Below are positions 58,576 through 64,000 of a stretch of DNA of 64,000 nucleotides, piece by piece (positions within the stretch are counted from its first letter, which is position 1; each line of letters starts with the position of its first letter). The position numbers were made by a program, and so were the translations under genes. This DNA comes from Pelomyxa schiedti (lineage: Eukaryota; Protista; Evosea), in the NCBI GenBank assembly GCA_020536535.1, contig JAHLWZ010000508.1, positions 1-64,000 of the forward strand. Direction: 5' to 3'. The notes beneath the pieces are model-generated. The model searched no databases, was not told the DNA's origin, and saw only the letters and a program-made list of their open reading frames with translations.

Positions 58576-59802
58576 TCACAAAACATCGGTCACTGCATAG
58601 GGCTTGAATGAGATTCTGCAGATGACAAAGCCAGAGAGAGCATCCCTAACCTCAATGTCATTTGTTTGGTAAGAGTAAGCACCAGTATCCTTGACAACCA
58701 GCTCCTTCCCAAAATTCAGGCTGGAACCACCTGGTTCCATGTACACACAGCACTCCCTGGTTGGATCCACAACACTGAACACTCTGACAACACTTGTGAT
58801 ACCCCTCCCACCTTCCCCTTCAGGTGCTGGGCACCTGACTTCAAAGTATGGCCCACCAATTGGCCACAGTTCTCCTTCCGGAAGTGGTGTCCTCCTGCCG
58901 GTGTTCAGGCACACAATCCCGCCGTTGTTTCTAAGCAGTGCATAGGTCATTCCATTCCAGCACAGAAGGCTTCTAATGCAAGAGGAGGAATCGCGGATAT
59001 CACCACCACCACCAGCAGGAACTTCCAGTGGCCTCGCCACCACCCTGTTCTGCTCCAGGGTATCTTGCAGCTGAATGACCATGAATCCTCCACCATCCCT
59101 CCTTAGAACCACCAGAGAATCATCGCCATCGAATTCAGCAACACCGTGGACATCCCAGTCCATGGTGACCCAGTCACTCTGAGTTAAATTGCCATTCTCT
59201 ATGTCATCAAAGTTCCACAGGGCCATTGTGCCGCCCCCATAATCGATAATCACGGCCCACCTCCTGTTGGCCCAGGTGTCACAGTCCGCGAGGTCGGGCA
59301 AGGTCTCGGGAGCGAAGTACCGTTTCCTTGTGGTGTCGACCAGCTGCATCTCCCTTTTGGAAAATTTAGAGTCGGCGGCGATCAGGGCAAACCTGTCGCC
59401 GACGGCGGGGCTGGGCGGCGGCCGGGGCCCGACCATTCCCACCACCTCGTAGGTGTGGGCGCCGAGGCGCTCGAACCGCAGCATTGTGGGAGGGTGCACG
59501 ACGCCGAGGGTGGGAGACACGCTGAGCCTGACCCACTCGCAGTCGCCCAGGGCGCAGTCGCAGTCGGCGAGCTGCAGCACGACGAGCCGGGCGGGCACGA
59601 CGACCCACTCGCGGCCGATGGCGGACAGCGCGGCGGGGGTGAGGGCCCTCGCTGGGCTGCGCCGCCCGCACCACCCCCCGCCGCCCGGCGGCCGCGAGGA
59701 GGAGATGGCTCCCAGGCCAAGCGCGACGAACTGGTCGCGGGCGAGGGTGTGGTCGCGGATGGGCAGGAGGTCGTCACCACCACTGCCCTTGCCGTAGCTC
59801 AT
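58576..59802 (-). CDS. Intronless 408-aa orphan-family protein
   Basis: Long ORF; the N-terminal ARDQFVALG...WCGRRSPARALTPAALSAIGREWVV matches the motif at 11000 and 14725. Confidence 0.75.
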   Translation of the reverse strand: MSYGKGSGGDDLLPIRDHTLARDQFVALGLGAISSSRPPGGGGWCGRRSPARALTPAALSAIGREWVVVPARLVVLQLADCDCALGDCEWVRLSVSPTLGVVHPPTMLRFERLGAHTYEVVGMVGPRPPPSPAVGDRFALIAADSKFSKREMQLVDTTRKRYFAPETLPDLADCDTWANRRWAVIIDYGGGTMALWNFDDIENGNLTQSDWVTMDWDVHGVAEFDGDDSLVVLRRDGGGFMVIQLQDTLEQNRVVARPLEVPAGGGGDIRDSSSCIRSLLCWNGMTYALLRNNGGIVCLNTGRRTPLPEGELWPIGGPYFEVRCPAPEGEGGRGITSVVRVFSVVDPTRECCVYMEPGGSSLNFGKELVVKDTGAYSYQTNDIEVRDALSGFVICRISFKPYAVTDVL

Positions 59803-60182
59803 CGTTTTGTTGAGAGGACGCGGTTTTTTTTTAAGTTAGATCCTTGGGAGGATATAGACTGAGGGAGATGCCTTGCACTGGGGGAAATGAAGAGACAGAT
59901 TGTACGGGAGTAGGTGTGGGAGATAGAATGGGCTCGAGTGGCTCCCCCCAACACCCCATCACAAATCACGCCCAACTCAAGATCTTGAAAACAGAAAAGA
60001 ACTTGTGTTTGGGCGCGTGAGGTACGTACGTTAGCGTGGGTGTGCATTTCGTCGCTTGTTATTGTGACGTGTGTGCCTTCGTCGTCTTTGTTGTTGTTTA
60101 CTTCTTGGTTCTTTTTTTTTACCTTTGTTTTTTTTTTTTTCCCCCACTCACGGGTTTGGGAATTAGGGGAGATATATAAGTG

Positions 60183-61140
60183 ATGCCGATCATATACGGG
60201 GTTGTGGCGAGAGGGAACTCCGTTCTTGCGGAGTTCACCCCAAACACAGGTAACTTTGCTGGCGTGTCAAGGCGCATTCTGGAAAAAATTCCACAGACTG
60301 ACTGCAAAATGACCTACACATACGACAAGTATGTGACTGTTATCCTTTTTCTGAAAACGGAATGAAAAATGAAACTTCGCCACGAATGCGATGCACCCTC
60401 TCACGATGAAAATGCACCAAACTGACCAAAAGCGCTGTGCTTTCAATTGTAGTTACAACTTCCATTATGAAGTGGATGACTCGTTGACATACTTGTGCAT
60501 GTGTGAAAAGGACTTCTCTGTGAGGTCTTTTTTCAAATTACTTTGGATTCTCTTGTGATAATTGCGCAGGAAAGCATTTGGATTTCTCGATGATATCAAA
60601 AATAGGTTCAAGGCTACATATGGTGACAGGGGCAAGGTTGTACCTGCAGGTTCTATGAACTCGGAGTTTTCTCGTGTGCTGGCAAAGCAAATGGTTGAAA
60701 CTTCCTTACCATTACACTCCATTTATTGCATGTAGGACTATTTTTCCAACGACCCCGGCGCTGACAAAATAAGCAAAGTCCGAGCCGATGTTGCAGAAGT
60801 CCAGAAAGTTATGACGGAAAACATTGGTACCAAACTTCGTCCATATTATTTTTGTTTACTTGCCTTTAGAGCGCGTGCTTGACCGTGGGGAACGCATTGA
60901 ACTTCTTGTGGACAAGACAGAGCACCTCCAAACAACAGCTCTTGGGTTCAAGAAGTCCTCCACACAACTCAAAAACAAAATGTGGTGGTTGAATGCCAAA
61001 TTGATTGCTATCGGCGTAGCCATACTCCTCGTAAGTCCCCTTCTCCCGTAGTACTAGCCTCAAGCTTACCCAAACACAAGGTTTTGATTTTGATTATCAT
61101 CCTTGGAATTTGTGGAATAACTTTCTCCCGTTGTACTTAA
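60183..61140 (+). CDS. VAMP7: VAMP7-like longin R-SNARE
   Basis: Longin domain IIYGVVARGNSVLAE...YNFHY...TYLCM; R-SNARE motif VMTENIERVLDRGERIELLVDKT; KNKMWWLN followed by a C-terminal TM helix. Confidence 0.95.
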
Positions 61141-61336
61141 AATAAGACCTCATTTAACTCTATTGACTTTATGCCTTCCCTACAATTTACTTTCTTTACC
61201 GAGAGACAAGTTTTTACTGTCACCTCCAAGGTTTGTATACAAACCAAGGAGGTAGTAATAAGTTAAGTTTGTTTTTTAAGTTAGAAATATAAGGGGTAAG
61301 TGTGATAGGTGTTAGTGTGTGAGTGACGTGGTGTTG

Positions 61337-63409
61337 TTACTCTTGTGACTTTTGTCTGATTGGAGGGAAGCATTCCCGGCTGTGCGTGAGCGGTGCTAGT
61401 GTTGTGGAGTACCTCAGTGTGTTGCTGGTAGGTGGTGATGAATAAAGTGATGGGAGTGCCGGAGATGTGGACCTCATTATGCCTGTTGATGGTGACAGGC
61501 ACGGTGATAGCACCTTTCCATTGGAATGTGGTGACAGGGTCGGTGACAGAGGCGTGGGCTTCTGGATGTAGGTGGGTGCGGGGAACAGTGACAGTGTGGC
61601 TGAGGTACTGAGGGAGGAAGCCGGTGGTTGTGGGGTGAGTTTGGGTGAGGCATGTGGCTTGTGGATGTGGTGCGGGAGTGGCTTTTCTGGTACCGGGGTC
61701 TGGATAGGTGCCTCTTCAAAGCGAGGGGAGAACGGTAACGGGGGTGATGATGGCCTGGAGATAGTTGGGGAAGCCGGTCTGTCGCCGCCGGAGGCGTAGA
61801 AGAATGGCTTGGGGTTTGGTGTAGAAATGGTGTGAGCAATGTGAAGTAGTGTGGGGCTGAGCACAACGCTGGAGTCCGATTTCGTGTCTGGGGAGCAAAG
61901 GTAGGAGCCGTCGTAAAACGGAGGTGGTGGTGGAGGGGGAGGGGTTCCAGGCAAAGTAGCGGAGCCAGCTGGTGTGTAGACTGCTTTTGAGCTCTCCGCA
62001 AAAGCTTTGGCATGTATTTTAGGAGTACCAGCCTTGGTTGGGTTATGGATGTTGACAGAGACATTTCCTGATGGACCAAAAACTGGTTCAACATCCTGAG
62101 AGTTGTTTCGAAACAGTGTTGCCTAATTTCAGTTATTAAATCTGGATTGCATGCTTCTCTAAAGTACCTCATCATCAGATAGACGGGACCTCAGCTTGTT
62201 TATTACTTCTTCTGCTCTTTTGAGTTTCAGAAGTGCATCATCTCTTTCTAGTTGCACTACTATGAGCTCTAGAACGAAGTTTAATACAAAAAGCACAGGA
62301 ACTTGGAGAGAACCTTCTCTATACGTCTGTAGAGTGCGCTCAAGGTTATCTATTGTTGAAGCCATCCTTTTTATTTTCTAAGGGTGGACTTAAAAAATCT
62401 CATACAGATAGAAGAACCTACTTCCGAGTCTGCCTTCAGAAGTAATCGAGTCGAATGCTTGTCCGCGGCTTTTTCGTTTGTCCGTAAGTCTGGGGGGAGT
62501 GGAGGACTAGGACTGGGAGAGGGTGAAAGGAATTTTGAGGGTGCGGGCGGGAGATTCAAGTCATTAATAGACTTGCTCTTAGTCCGCGACTGGAGGGGTT
62601 GGTGAGATTGTGAGGCAACTGGTGGTGCTGAAGAAGTGGAATGGTCATCAGGATCCAGAAAAAGGAGGTCAGGATCAAGGGGCGATAGTGTTGTTCCCAT
62701 TCTGCCGCTGACGCCTGACATCTCGGCGCAGGCTTTTCCTATAACACAGCCAAGGTTATTAGTGCCGCCCTGAGCGCTATTACCGCTCCGACTTTTCCTT
62801 ATCGAGAAAGGATCCTCCTCCTCATCTCTCTGAAAATATGTGAGTTAATCTTGCCAAAAAAAGAAAAGAGCTACATACAGAGCCAGAGACAGGAGTTACT
62901 CCACCGAGTCCCCCAAGTGCCGTTGCAAAGCAGGCCCGCAGGCCCAGAGCAGTGTTACTGGTTGCAGCACGCGGGGATGCAATCGGAGGAGGATACACAG
63001 GGCCCTTTGACGGCTCGAATGTGGGCGACAGAAAGTTGCCGTGGGTCGCGATGCTGGTGCTATTATTGCTGTTGTTATTGTTGTTGGAATGCCTCGACAC
63101 GAACGGCGGCGACATAGACGACGCCGGCGACGCGGAGGGCGACGAGCTCGCGAGGGCGGGGCGCAGCGTGCACGGCGGCGACTCCACGAAGGCCTGGATG
63201 TTACTGTCGATGCTGCTGTTTTCGCGACGGCTCGCGGGCGAGAAGTCGCCGCACGCCGGAGCGTCGGCGCCAAAAAACGACGGCGCGATGACAGGGGAGC
63301 CGGTCGGCGACGACGAAGGGCTGCTTGAGTGCGCTCTTTTGTGCTGTCGCGGAACGACCATAACGCTCGTCGTAGACGGATGCTTGCATCCCACGCTCGT
63401 CTTCAGCAT
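61337..63409 (-). CDS. Hypothetical Ser/Pro-rich protein with a central coiled coil, multi-exon; 3' end uncertain
   Basis: Same-strand ORFs 62822-63409, 62371-62721, 62159-62365 (LERDDALLKLKRAEEVINKLRSRL) and 61337-61954 are separated by short GT-AG gaps. No family recognised. Confidence 0.5.
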
Positions 63410-64000
63410 TTTTATTTATTTCTTCTGTTGGTAGGTTGTTGGTTGACACAGAAGATCTCCGCACGCACAGCCACACGCTCTTGGTTTAAAATGCAGTTAA
63501 TGAGTTGTCAATATTGACACCTGCGTTTGGGTTGGTCTAAACTCCAACACTCGAATTCGTGTTTTTCTGGTCTCGTTCAATGGGGTCAATCTTACATTCA
63601 AAGGGAAAATTTCAAGGGAATTCGCTTGTATCAAATCAACGAGTTTCGGGTTTGTCGGTTCCGTGTCCGGCAGGTAACCTTTCATAACCTCCTTCAAAGG
63701 GCGGCTGTTACCCCTTGTGCTTTTTTTGTTCCTTTGATTTTCCTTTAGTCGTTTTGTCACAGGGACTTCCCCCCTTTGTTCGATCACCACAAGTGGTCGC
63801 AGACGGTAATCCTCTGGACCAACCCAAACAGCACACCACAACATTGTGCCACAGTAGAAAGCAAGGAACTGTGTCAGAAAAGTCAGCACAACAGTACTTT
63901 CTGTTCTTGGAGAGTGAAAAGTGGCTTGGGATCACAGTTTTGGTATGGCGAGGTGACCGATCACGACGCCCGTAATTGCCTCGTGGAGAGCAAACTTATT

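Noticed and set aside
63497-63975. ORFs at the right edge of the window
   Set aside because: They are short, have no motif and conflict between strands; they cannot be supported without flanking sequence.
1-64000. tRNA, rRNA or transposon genes
   Set aside because: I saw no cloverleaf, rRNA-like segment, transposase or reverse-transcriptase motif, or terminal repeat by eye. A tRNAscan/Infernal/RepeatModeler run would be needed to exclude them formally.

Overview
Compact, intron-rich eukaryotic DNA with short GT-AG introns. An amoebozoan source, possibly an anaerobic archamoeba such as Pelomyxa, is inferred from gene content only. About 22 protein genes or pseudogenes are supported; no rRNA, tRNA, CRISPR array or transposon is supported. 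The dominant feature is a ~16.5 kb minus-strand gene (25462-41942) for a bimodular type I polyketide/fatty-acid megasynthase, [TM]-FAAL-ACP-KS-AT-DH-KR-ACP-KS-AT-DH-ER-KR-ACP-TE, with all catalytic motifs visible. It lies head-to-head with phosphomannomutase, and the PKS 5' end plus the PMM 5' end are duplicated at 1-1088 beside a 100-N gap. Other notable items: an ankyrin-RBR E3 ligase with a C-terminal CBM20-like domain; three bacterial-type RimJ/RimL GNATs interleaved with an orphan intronless family; a bacterial-type 2,4-diaminopentanoate/amine dehydrogenase; a macrodomain-like protein; a PRAS40-like protein; a filamin rod without an actin-binding head; and a broken cyclic-nucleotide PDE. 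Housekeeping genes are TRPC4AP, PMM, DUS1, NUB1 and VAMP7. All exon structures were assembled by eye and all family assignments are by motif recognition, not database search.
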